Shown here one piece after another: positions 37,741 through 49,782 of a stretch of DNA of 64,000 nt. The stretch is taken from positions 11,036,001 to 11,100,000 of the forward strand of contig CM060731.1 in assembly GCA_030704615.1 (NCBI GenBank), read 5' to 3'. The translations under genes were made by a program, and so were the position numbers. The notes under the pieces are model-generated. The model was not told the origin of the DNA, did no database searches, and worked only from the letters and a program-made list of their open reading frames with translations. Position 1 is the first letter of the stretch. Each line of letters opens with the position of its first letter. Source of the DNA: Takakia lepidozioides. Its lineage: Eukaryota > Plantae > Bryophyta.

Positions 37741-39259
37741 TCACTTGTTTGAATGTTGAGAACCGTCAGGTGATCTTCACCCCCACAGCTCGGACAGCTC
37801 GCATTCAAAACATGACATCATCTTCTTTAGAATAATGTTTGAATTTTGTGCTAGTTTTCTGCACCATTTGTAGCACTCGGGGTTTTTCCTATAGGATGTT
37901 TTGTCCTCCACCCAGCTTGCAGGGTGAGGTATTCTTCCATAGGTTTTTTCATCCCTTGTGTGCCAGGTGTGTAGCTTGTTTTGGCTAGGCTTCATTTTTG
38001 TTCTCCCTGAGCTCATCACTCGCAGGAGCTCGCAGTTTCTTGTGGCCCCAGCAGGCTTCACATATGTGGAGCTAGGATTCATTCTCACCTTACTTTTCGA
38101 CATGGATGAATGGAGGAGGGATGCGCTCCGGATGATTTAAGGGATGGACAAAGCCAGGATGAAGTCTGGATGAACTTACACCTTGCGCATGAGGATGAGC
38201 TGGCAACAGCTGATGGCTTTATCAGGGGCTGTCTTATTCTAACAGCTAGTTCAGGATTAGATTAAGATGGGACTAGGTGATTTGGCTTCTTTCTATGGTT
38301 GTGCTGGAAGGGCATCTGGAGGACCTATGTGTAAGTGCCACGCAACACTAGGATTAGATTATAACCTAATACTATTTAAACCTCACTGCCGTGGCAGTGA
38401 GGGTGGTGGCTTTTTGGGTCTTACGCGAGCGTACGTTGGGTTTTAGATATGACTTCATGTATCGAAATACATGATTTGAAGTACGATGCAATGTCATGCC
38501 AGAGTTTTCATAAAGAAGGTCACCCTTCTCAATTTATGCCACTACCTGCTCCGTAGTGGGAATGTCCAACCCTTGAGTGGTTGGATGAAAGTGTTAGGAG
38601 GTCTGAGTTTGTGGCGTCCTCTTAGTAAGATTCCGTCTTATCTGCCAGGCCCATCTATCGACTACATTCCCCAGATAAGGTTAAGTTCGGTAGAGGAAGG
38701 AGAACAAACCCATAGCGCCGGAATCAGGCTTCACATACTGAGGGCAAATAAATAAAGTAGTGGCGTCCATTCTGAAATAGAACAAAATTTTGTCATGCAC
38801 CCTATACCCCGGGTGTGTGTAGAACTTAGGGTTTAGGGTTCCAAACATACCCAAACTGATACCATACTAGTCACGGTAGCTGGCGGAGCAATAGTGCGAT
38901 TGCGAACAGTAGTCAGCGGGGCAGTTTTTTTCAGACGGGAGGGGTAGCAGTTATGGCGTTAGGGTGCGCCATGTTGTGTTTGCTATGGGAGGGGTTTCAA
39001 TTTTATGGCTGGATCTTTGATGTAGGGAGTCGCAAAAGATTGAACAGTCGGCTTTGTGATTGCAATTTGTTTTTTTTTTACCTTTTGTATGTTGCCCTCA
39101 ATCTGGTTTTTTTTTTCAGCTTTGAATGGAGTATGATGAATGTTGGGTTATACCATACTATTGTATATGCTACCCCAGTATGTCATATGAGTTTTTGCCA
39201 TACCCATGCCTAGAACCAGAGTATCTCAAAATTGGAAATACCCATACCCATCCTATAAC

Positions 39260-39902
39260 CCCTAAACGCCCGCAGGCCTCCGTTGACTTTTCCCAAAAAA
39301 TTGACCCCCGACCAGAAAAACGAGCGTAATTTTTTGAGAAAAGTGCGTCTGCAAGAAACAACCAGACAATATGTTGCCACCTACCCCTGGCAAGTCCTGC
39401 CCAAATTTCGAGCCAATCAGACAAATGCTGCGGAAACACCACCATTGCGAGTAGGGCCCATTTTTGGGAATTTTTGCAAAAACAAAATAAAAAAAAATGG
39501 AGATTTGCAAGATTTTGCATGTCGGGATGGCATTGGCTCGGCCTGCTCTACCCCAAAAGGTGTTCCCCACGTCCCCCTTGCTCCAACAAGCCCAAAATCA
39601 CCAGAATTGGAGCCCATGGCAGGAGCAGGGACTTGGTCAAAGTGCAGGGGGTATGAGATACTCTTTTATGAGCTATGCACAGGAAAACAAAGAGGCGGCA
39701 ATCAGAATCCCCCCAAAAAAGCCCTAGATTTCTGCCGTCCCTCCTGGTCCATCCTGATCTGGGCAATCGCTCTCGCATGGACCATCCTGCCATCGACACG
39801 CATTACACTCAACAAAAAAAATCAGAATCGGCCAAAATCTGCAACTGCAGACCTGTTTGAGCCCAGAAAATGGCCCGTTTTTGGCTGGCAGGCGTTTAAG
39901 GG
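39260..39902. mobile_element. non-autonomous piggyBac-like element with ATAA TSD
   Basis: ATAA-CCCCTAAACGCCCGC ... GCAGGCGTTTAAGGG-ATAA; inverted homolog of 664-1317. Confidence 0.8.
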
Positions 39903-40446
39903 ATAACCTACTGTGGCCAGTCCTAATCTACCCCCGGCCCTGCCGGTTGGACCCAACAGCCAAGTTGGACTTACCAGGACCAGTCTGGTAAATGGACATA
40001 TGTACTAGTACAACACTGGTCTAGACGTCCTATTTGGTCCATAAGCTCAACACTCCGCTGTAAAAGCTGATCAAAGAAGTAAAACCACTAAGCTTTTGCT
40101 AACACTCCAACATAGACCAACAAGAATCCATCCGTATATACATCACATGTGTCTTCCCCTATCCTATCTCAAAATCTATCCTTCGCTCATGAATGACGCC
40201 GCCAAACCCCCATTCTATAATTAATCAACCCCCATCGGGATTTAAAAATAAATAAAAATAAAAATAAAAATATTTTAAAACAGAATTAGAATTATAAGAG
40301 AAATCTGGCCTGACACATATTTTACACTAATATGACTATCCTAAAATATTAATCATTGTAAACCTGGATCCCGACATTCTCCAAACCAAATTTAATATAA
40401 AGTAATATAATTTCTGGTATACCCTTACCTATACCCTTGTACATAC

Positions 40447-41534
40447 CAGTGTTGTGCGGTTCTTGCCATATTGAAGGAACCGCCGGTTCTGGTTCCTTGA
40501 TAGATTTAAAGAGGCGGTTCCGGTTCCGGATCCGGTTCTTTTTTATGAAGCGGTTCCAGTTCCGGTTCCGGTTCCAAAATTCATGAGCAGATGCCGGTTC
40601 CAGTTCCGGGTATTTTTTGGGAAGGATCCGCCGGTTCCAGTTTCCGGTTCCTGGTTCCGGTTTTGTATTTTTTGAATATATATATATATATAATTTTATC
40701 GTTTTTTTAATAAATCTGAAAATGATTAGTTATATCAAATATTTTGACCATGTTGAAAAGAAACAACACAACATTCATAAACAAAGAAAGCATAGAATGC
40801 ATAGAAAGCAATTGTTCACAATTGTAGTTCTACAAGACAATGGAGTCGTTGTTAGAACCAGGTCTATAACGGCTTTCTACTACAATTGTGCACCATGAGT
40901 CCATCCTTTGGTGAGACAAGAGACACATTAAATTACATATTTAGAAGCGAGTACCTGGACCATGTCAACTCCATCCATTCAATCATGTGGGCCGCTCGGA
41001 TCCTCTGCCAGCCGATGCCATTCTTTCACAATCCAACACCTTGCAGACCTACCTACATCTTCTTCCCCACTCTCATTCTTCCTCCCTTCTACAAATGCTC
41101 CATGCCTTCCTCCATAACACCTAGTCCAACATTCAACCCCGGACCCACGCACAAAAGCAGCCAACCCTCTTGTAACGTATCCCTACACAAACAACAGTAA
41201 TGACACCGCGAGAAGTGTCACAACTGGAAATGGACAAACATCTCACAAACTGCGAGACCACAAAAGCAGGAAAACCAAACCTTCCCCCCGCGCTGCTCCC
41301 TCCCCCGCGCTGAAGTCGCGCTACTGCTGCAGATCGTGCGTGAGAGACGACAGATCGCGGGAGGAAAACCAAAAAAAAAAAAAAAAAAAAAAACCCGAGT
41401 GCGGAACCGGATCCGCCACTGACCCCGGTTCCAGTTCCAAGCCGGTTCCGGTTCCAGTACTGGTTCCAATACGGGTTCCAGGAACCGGAACCGCCGGTTC
41501 CAACCCGCCTAAGCGGGTACCCGCACAAACACTG
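40447..41534. mobile_element. non-autonomous hAT element
   Basis: 8-bp TSD GTACATAC (40439-40446, 41535-41542); TIR CAGTGTTGTGCGG/CCGCACAAACACTG; dense CCGGTT/GGAACC subterminal repeats. Confidence 0.9.
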
Positions 41535-41689
41535 GTACATACCCCGGCCAACTAGCACATACTAGACCACAAAGATCCCGCAGTAAAATTCAGAAGCAAC
41601 ATCAACAGGTAGCTGGGCTTCCTAGTGGAGTAAAAAGAAAGAACCCTCCTCCATGTCTTTTCTGCCGCATGACAAATAAGGAAACAAAG

Positions 41690-41915
41690 TTTTTTTTTTT
41701 TTTGAAAGGAAACCTGGGAGCGACTGCTCACAATTCAGGCCCTTGAGGAGGGGGGAAAATTAACCCCCTTCCAGATAAGCCATTAGGCACACATAGAAAC
41801 ATCACCACCAGACCAACCGGTCAACAAACAATCCACACACCAAGCAGGGCAGCGGGTTTTGAACCCCAAACCACCAGGGCGACACACTGTGCACTTACCA
41901 GCTGAGCTACCAGCC
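41690..41915 (-). mobile_element. tRNA-derived SINE, copy 2
   Basis: Reverse-complement homolog of 10823-11075 with A/B boxes and a poly(A) tail. Confidence 0.85.
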
Positions 41916-42967
41916 AATGTGCAACAATGTTCCAAGGTCTTAGAAACCTGCTTACAGTTGCATAATTTACAGGTTGAGGGTGTGTCAGTAAAGTAATCAA
42001 ATGCGGGTATGAGCTTTGTAGCTTTTGTGCATTTTGTTGGTCTTGTCTCAAATGGAAATATTGGTCAAATATGTCGCAAGTTAGAAGACCTCATTGGGCT
42101 TGAATCTCAAATACCTTTGTCAACGGACGTAGAAGGTAATAACTAATAACATTGTGGTTCCTTTACAAAATACACGTCATCATCCTAGACATTAGATCCC
42201 AGTAAAATGTTCACCAGGATCAAATTGCAGGAATTATAAGTAAGAAGGACAAACGAGCAGCTAGTCGCGTATGGCTCCCCTTTGTGAATAGTGGAATCTA
42301 AGTTACTTTAACGTGTGTAGTCCATGTCACCCTATGTCTGTTTGATCAGCAATTTCAGACATGATAAACAGACGCCTAGGGGTGGTCATTCAACCTGACA
42401 TGAGGCCACTAGTTGTCACAGATTTCTTTTACAAAAAGCATATCAATAATGAGGCAGCTGCTGCAAAGCTGTTTAGCCATCTAAATCTGTTTTTGACCCA
42501 TATTTCTCCTACCGGTTTCAGAGTTGATCTTGCTATGTTGAATAAGGGCATTCTAGGATAACTTTCTAAATTCTTCTGCTTGACATAGAGGGTTAGCATC
42601 TGACATGAGCTCACCACTGTACTTGGTGAAGTCTGGTTGTAACGTTTCTCCTTGCATGACATGCATTTGAAATGATTTCTGTGTGTACTCTCCTCATTTA
42701 TTGCTGGGAGAGGTTTGCTGAAGCACCGAGGTTGCTAGTCTGTGGACAATTGGGAAACTTGCAACATAAGGGGTACTCTTGGACCACTTTGGGAGTTGCA
42801 TGTCATCCATTCCAGAATGTATGTCTTTGTTCAGATGACCTTTCACCACTCTTCGATCTGGAAATAGTCTGGAATTCAATTCGTCCAGCAATCAACAGAT
42901 CACAGTGCAATTGACTGATTCCATGCTCCAAGTTCGGTCGGAGACCCTCAGGTACACCATTGATGTA

Positions 42968-45162
42968 CTAGTTCTCAGAGATGCCAATGCCCCATTGATG
43001 CCGACAATGCCTAACTTCAGGAACACTGGTGTCAACATTGCCAACCCCTATACCAGGGGGTCCATGGGCAAGGCATCTCCTCTGGGTGGTCAATGAAGCA
43101 GGGCCCTGGCAGATTTGTGCGGCTGCACAAGGGGTCAGGCAGCTTCTCCTTATTGAGTCCATATTGCAGAAATACAGTGGGTGTGATGCCTGTCAGCCCA
43201 TGTGCCACATACCCAAATGTGGAATGAGGTGTAGAGATCATTTCAATCACAAAGCTGAGCAACCACATATCTGCTAACACTTTCTTTTCATGATCTACCG
43301 TCCCAGTCTGCTGTTTCACCTCAGAACTGGGGCTAACTACTGTGACCTGACTGCCTTCCACAGTCAAGTATATGATATACATCTCTGTAAGATTTTCATG
43401 GCATTCCCGTCTAAGGGCAGTTACCAAGATAGCAACCTTGTTGGAGGGAGGTCAGCTTTATCCAAATCTTTTGTGGCTGGCAGTGCAAGGGATTCTGAAG
43501 TGGTAAGATTGGGAAGGAGGCCTTCAATCACACTTGAATATATGCATGCTAACCATGGGAGTTGTTGCTCCATGTGCGCACTTGGATTCCCACTCGTCTA
43601 TCTGCCACCGCCAGGTATGCATCATGAAAGCGAGTTATGCGCCCCCATATTTCATTGTTGGGACTCAGGAGATACCTGCCAGCATGCAGAAAGACAGCTT
43701 TATCTGGAAAAAATTGAGTACTTCCCGAAAATCTGGTAGGAAGTAGAGACCTGGAACACTCTACTGGTTGCTCCAATAGATTAACCAGGGTATGTGGCTG
43801 AGAAGCTTCTGCTCTGCTGGACAGAAGAACCGAAGGTCTTGTTTTGGGCTGAGATTGGACAGTTTGTAACCAGGTACTTTGGCGTGTTAAAGATTTTCCC
43901 AATATTTGTGGTTCCATTTTCTTTCATCAGGTTCAGAGCCATGTCATAGAACAAGCCATGGTTCTCAGACTGCTCCAGCACAGCAGCTTCAGGAAAGCCT
44001 TGAGGCACCAACCATGAGGAGTCAGGAAATGGTTCACACAGCAGGTGCTGCAGGCTGGCCTCAGGAGTGATCAACAATGCTCGTTTGGTTATCAAAGAAT
44101 ACACAAAAGCCGACACCAGAGAGATGAGCTAATTTCCCTCTCCATCAAGACACTTCCATACCACATACTGGCATCCATCTGGTGCCCTCCCTTCCAACAG
44201 CATCTTTGTCAGATCATGGCCATGCACACATCTTTGGTGCAAGGCCTCATAGTCTCTCAGAGCAGACAGAAGTGGAGTAGATGGGGTGTAGTTTGTGGCT
44301 CGCCAAAAGCAATGTCGCTCATACTTGCTTTGGCAGCTTGGATGGCTCTTACTTGCGAGGGACCTGTGATGTGGGTGATACTGGTGCGGGGCTGTTATCA
44401 CTTCGCCTGGGAATCCAACAGTCGAACAGTCTGCACCACCCAAGGCTACCGCAAAGTCAAATTGCTTCCTCAATTGCTGAATCAATACTCTCTCTGGGCG
44501 TGGGTTCTATGGCCACAAGGCTAAGGCAAACGTCTTGTGAGTACATTCTCTCCCTGTCACACACACACCCACCCACACACATACAAATCCACATACACAC
44601 AATGTTACCCAGCCGGTCTTCCTTTGAGTCTGGAGACGAGAGACACAGAATCAGCGACAACCATTTGTCTCATGCCATGCTCTGGATTCTTGAAGGTAGA
44701 CTGATTTGGATTTCTAAACAGTTGAATTCTGGGAATTCACATGAAACAGGAAAAGGTGAGATGATATATATGTTGATTATATGATGGTCATCAACTACCA
44801 ATGTCGTTGGGGCCGATGAGGCGGCGTCTGTTAGGAGTGGCAAGGAGTGGTGTGGGCACCGCCAGGCTCTGATGCATGACGTCAATCAGGCTAAGGAAGG
44901 CCAGAAACAGGCCAAGCAGGCCGAGGAAGACTGGTCAGTCTGCATTCCACTTCCTTCTTCACCCGCCCAGAAACTATTTTCTTATTCTCTGAACCGATCT
45001 AAAATGCGTGATCACAGAACTGGTTCGGTGTTTTGTGATCACATGGCCGTCGCAATCTGCAAGACAGTCTGAGAAAGACCACCCCCATCTCCTGTGAAGC
45101 CCTCGACAAATTTTCACCATCAGAAATTCAAGGGTAGCGCAGCCCCTTCTTGCGCCATCCAA
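42968..45162 (-). pseudogene. GT37 xyloglucan galactoside 2-alpha-L-fucosyltransferase (FUT1-like) pseudogene
   Basis: LRDYEALHQRC, CQYVVW...GEGN*LISLVSAF (stop at 44129-44131 at the Arg position of GLGNR), LLCEPFPDSSWL, GRYLLSPNNEIWG, GIQVR, STFGYVAHGL. TM anchor near 44900; several stops and frameshifts. Confidence 0.88.
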
Positions 45163-46193
45163 CTCAAAGGGCTTGGCTTCTCAGATTGACTTGTATCAGT
45201 GCTTCCTGCGCGCTGATTCCTGTTCCTTCCAGATCTCTTTCTCTCTGTGCGACATGTGTGAAGAGAGTGGGTTTGCGGCAGCTGCCAAGTTTCAAATTGA
45301 ACGCTCACTCACATGACACCGTATTTCCGTTGTATCCTACTAGCCAATCTAGCCCATGCCTTTTTTCATTCTTTTTTTTAAGAAAAAACTTATTAGCTAC
45401 TCCCCAGCTTTATTTGTGATTTTACTCCCTTTTTTCTTAATTTTCCTTCTGAATAACCTAGCAGGCAGGGCAGGTGGCATAATAAAAATTAGACAACTTT
45501 TTGATAAGCTCAAAGAAATATCGACAAAACACAAAACCCTAAAAACAAAGGGATGCATGGGTGCCAGAGAGAAAACATTGAAGCTATAGTGTTTCCCAAG
45601 GATCTCATTGTGCATTTCTCTGTTGTTGTCCTGTGTCACTTTCTATGCACAGACGGTGGGAGCCAAGACTAATAACCTTTGGGGAGTTATACCCTTACGG
45701 AATATCTCATAAGCGTGCCACCTATATAAACCTGGACAAAAAGATCACTAACAAGACCGGACGAGGAGTTGGTGTCACCCGTATGGATCAAGTAGGTGTT
45801 CCTGTTAAATATGGAATGTAAGTCACTGGACATCGTGATGCAAACTCCTATGCAAAGTAAATCATAACGTTTAGCACATTGTATTTGAGTGCATATAGTT
45901 TATGTAATTGTTGTCAATGTTTCTGGTCCTTATAAAGGTTGTGTAAGCTAATTTTTTACTGATTTTTTTTACTGTATCTATGGTTTAGGTACAATCAGGG
46001 TTCACAAGCTGCAAGAGATTGAGCAATACAGAGAGTGATTTCTCGTGAGTTAAAGTCTGGCATAGCACTGTGTTTCGAAGACGCGCTACAGGAGGAGAAG
46101 GAGCGTTGTTTGTCGCAGTTGCCGCAAAATGTAAGTCTTGATCATAATATATTTTTGTTTGGGAACTACTTTGGTGTTTGGAATTACTATTAA

Positions 46194-46490
46194 CCCTTGA
46201 CCTCCCAAGCCCGTTTTCAACATTTTGGCCATTTAAACGCTGCCACGTATGCAAAATGCCTCCAAACCTACAATTCTGGTCTTCTCTTATAATGAATATC
46301 AGTCTCGCCCCATCGATAATAACATGGTTTTGCTGCTGCCCCAAATAACTCTGGCTGCCGAAATAATTATTTGGCCGAAACTAGAGCCACTCATGGCTGT
46401 CCATACTTCTCCCCTCAAATTGCGAATAATATATATTAGTCTATTACATAATCGTATTTCATACAATTAAGCTGGGCAGAGGAGTCAAGG
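46194..46490. mobile_element. degenerate short piggyBac-like MITE
   Basis: TTAA-CCCTTGACCTCC ... GGAGTCAAGG; right TSD degenerate. Confidence 0.4.
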
Positions 46491-47949
46491 CCAATTGAGG
46501 CAGCCTTATCCAAACAGATCAGATTACATATTTTGTACACCCAAAAAGCCAGCCCCATGATCTCCCCAAATTACCATCTTACTGGCTCTGCTGGACCCAA
46601 GACTACGCACGGAAAGCTTGGCAAGTTAGTTTTCAGTATCCCTCTAATCATCCCAGGTTCCAAGTCAATACAACCCTTATCCTAGACTTGGGCCATTTTA
46701 AAAAGCCAAGTTGTCATCTCCCTGACTTCAAACAACCCCAACATGAGTTGACTCACCACCCCTCATCGTAACTTGTGAACCATAGTCAGTTACTTGCGCA
46801 ACCGATCCCCACCTAAATTAAAAAATATCGTTCCACTTCCTGAATTAATAGACTCAGCTACACTACCTAAATTAAAAATAAATATAAAAAATCAAAATGA
46901 AACGACGTGTTCGCAATGTGGTTGCTGAAGTGACATTTTTCTTACCTTTAGTTTTTACTAATATATTTGAAAATCTGACGTGACGCTGAATTATGGGGCA
47001 CTCTGTCGTTGCCTCATCTCTTCCACTGGTCGGACTACTGCTGTATATCCAGAACTTCGTTGCTGCCATACAGTGAAACATAATAAATGTCGTTGTACAT
47101 GTTAACATCATGAATGAAAAAAAAACTGACCTAAGCAATTGAATATCTGCAGCAATAAAACTGGCCTGAACAAGAAAACCTTTAAAAAACTATGGGAATT
47201 ACGTATTTATTTTATTTTTTATATGGCGTGGATTGTTGATAGAGTTGGCCCTCCAAATGTTTCTTACTGTCGTGACAACCAACGTGCCAAATTAATACCT
47301 TAATTATTATCCACAATATTCAAATGTTTACAACAAATTATGGGCTAGACAACCTTTCACTGGCCCAATGAGACGCCTTCACCCAATGGTTGCAGCTACA
47401 ATGCAAAAACATCATGCGTACATGCCACATTCATGCATGAAAAAATGTAGTATAAGTCTAGGATTAAGATGCTAACAGGCTCCTACCTATCCCCATTTAT
47501 AATGACAAAGCACTTCTACAAGAGGCCTATGGATAGCCTATTCAAATAACCTGCGATCACCCAATGCTAAGGCCAAAACCACTGTTGGGCTTTATGTGAA
47601 ATGAACTAAGGCTGTGACTGTAAGCAATGTTACAAAGTGTCATCGAAATCAAACTCAACAATAAACTACTTCAACTTACAAATGGTACCTCAGCTAACAA
47701 ATGGTACCTCAGCTACCGCTTTGCTACCTCGTCTAGTTCTTGTTGTGTTCTGAATACACCTATGTGCATATTTCAAAGTCTCATTTTTTTTATGAATGTT
47801 TCAGTTGTCCAATACTATAAGTGGTCAGGCGGTTCCAATTATGTGCACACATTCTATGAATCTTCAAAAGGTGCCCGCAGGATATCAACATCAACTCGTA
47901 CTGGTGGTTGTCATCATCTTCTTCAATGTTGTCTTCATCCCAATATTCA

Positions 47950-48369
47950 CTCAGGTACACCATTGATGTACTAGTTCTCATAGATGCCAATGCCCCATTG
48001 ATGCCGACAATGCCTAACTTCAGGAACACTGGTGTCAACATTGCCAACCCCTATACGAGGGGGGTCCATTGGGCAAGGCATCTCCTCTGGGTGGTCAATG
48101 AAGCAAGTCCCTGATAGTTTGTGCGGCTACACAAGGGGTCAGGCAGCTTCTCCTTATTGAGTCCATGTTGCGGAAACACAGTGGGTGTGATGCCTGCCAG
48201 CCCATGTTCCACATACCTAAATGTGGAACGAGGTGTAGAGATCACTTCATCCACAAAGCTGATCAACCACATATCTGCCAACACTTTCTTTTCATGATCT
48301 ACCATCCCAGTCTGCTGCTTCCCCTTAGAACTGGGGCTGACTACTGTGACCTGACTGCCTTCCACAGTC
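47950..48369 (-). pseudogene. partial direct duplicate of the FUT 3' end (copy of 42947-43365)
   Basis: Colinear, highly similar sequence with indels and substitutions (TVEGSQVTVVSPSS...ADMW...LPDPLCSRT). Confidence 0.9.
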
Positions 48370-49782
48370 GTATCATGTTCCATATTCTAAGGTCATTAGT
48401 ACAAATATATCAGAGTACCATACTGTGAATACTGTGTCGACAAAAACAACATGTTGCCTTGTCATGTCATGTCACGGAGCACATACCATATACTTCATAT
48501 GTTGCCCACATGTACATAGTACATAGGCAGCAGCACATCCATGTATGCATGAAGTTGCCTGGGAATTATTTGCTGGCTAGGACCACAACTCCGGTGCCAT
48601 CTCACGGGCGGCTGCCGGCAGAAGTCAGTCCGGGAAGTCCGCCCGTGAACACCTGAATCAACAACCTAAGAATTGTCAAGTGATGTCAATGAATTAGGTG
48701 CATCCACCCTACGAGGGATTGGTGAAACACGAGGAGTAGTGTAAGAACTTTTTGCATTACCATAATTTATGCTTCCTTGGGGAGGCGTCGACATCCCTTT
48801 TACTTCTTTTTGTTGCATGCATGTGATCTGACGGTACTTGTGCTCGATTCAGGCAGTGTCCGATTATGCTCCTCCACTTACCTCAGATTCAATATTAAAT
48901 TTTTTAGAATGCATGAGGTTGTAACTCACCGGTAAGGGTAAGGTGAGGCGGCGAGGTGTGGGGCTTGATTCTTGATAGATGGGTGTGGCTCATGTATCTC
49001 CTCTTAGTACATTTTATACCTCTCCAAATTTGGACTTAGTCAAATTTTGAGAGTTACACAGAGTGGAGTTACACTCCCTTCCGTGTAATGCAGTGTCACC
49101 CCGTTGGAGTTACACTCCGTTCAGTTCCACATCACTCTCAAGAGGGGGTGGGGAAGATTTGACATGCTGGAAACCAGCCTGTCCTGTCAGAGAGCAGGAT
49201 TGCAATGTCCATTAAGAGTGTTCTTCCCAGGACTTGCCCCTAATAACAATTTGGAACTTAATAGGCCACTATAAACATGACCAACCCAAGCTCAGGCATT
49301 TGGGGGTTAAGAACTTGAGTAACTTAATAGGTGTGGAAAGGTTGGTAAACCATATATACTACAAATACTATATTGACACTCTCCATGTGACATCAACGTA
49401 AACGTGAGACATGGATGCATGGTAGGCATTAATGTACACCCTTACACTTTGGATCTCAATAATAACAATGTTCCCCTCTCCAACCCATAAATTGAGGCCC
49501 AAGGAATACAACCCCTGCATAATCCTTGGCTCTGTGAAAAGGTAGGGACCAACAAACCTCACAGCAACCTTTCCCTCAAATCTGAATCATTTATTAAGAA
49601 GGATACTTTTTCAGAAAATACAAGAAAGAGAATTGGTGCGGCGACTAAGCCATAAATGGCACGGTTGTATTACACAGTCCCTAACAACTCTAAATCAAGA
49701 CCATGCAATGTGAGCATGCAATCCGCTAGTCCAGCAAAACTGATGTTGCCAACACTGCAACTTTTGCTCAACACTGAATCTA

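Noticed and set aside
39283-39906. 207-aa ORF (and the 104-aa ORF at 1007-1321) ending in AFKG
   Set aside because: Lies wholly within MITEs; the shared ending simply reflects the TIR sequence; no domain motifs.
47678-47715. 19-bp perfect tandem duplication ACAAATGGTACCTCAGCTA
   Set aside because: Real, but most simply a slippage or repair duplication with no further structure.
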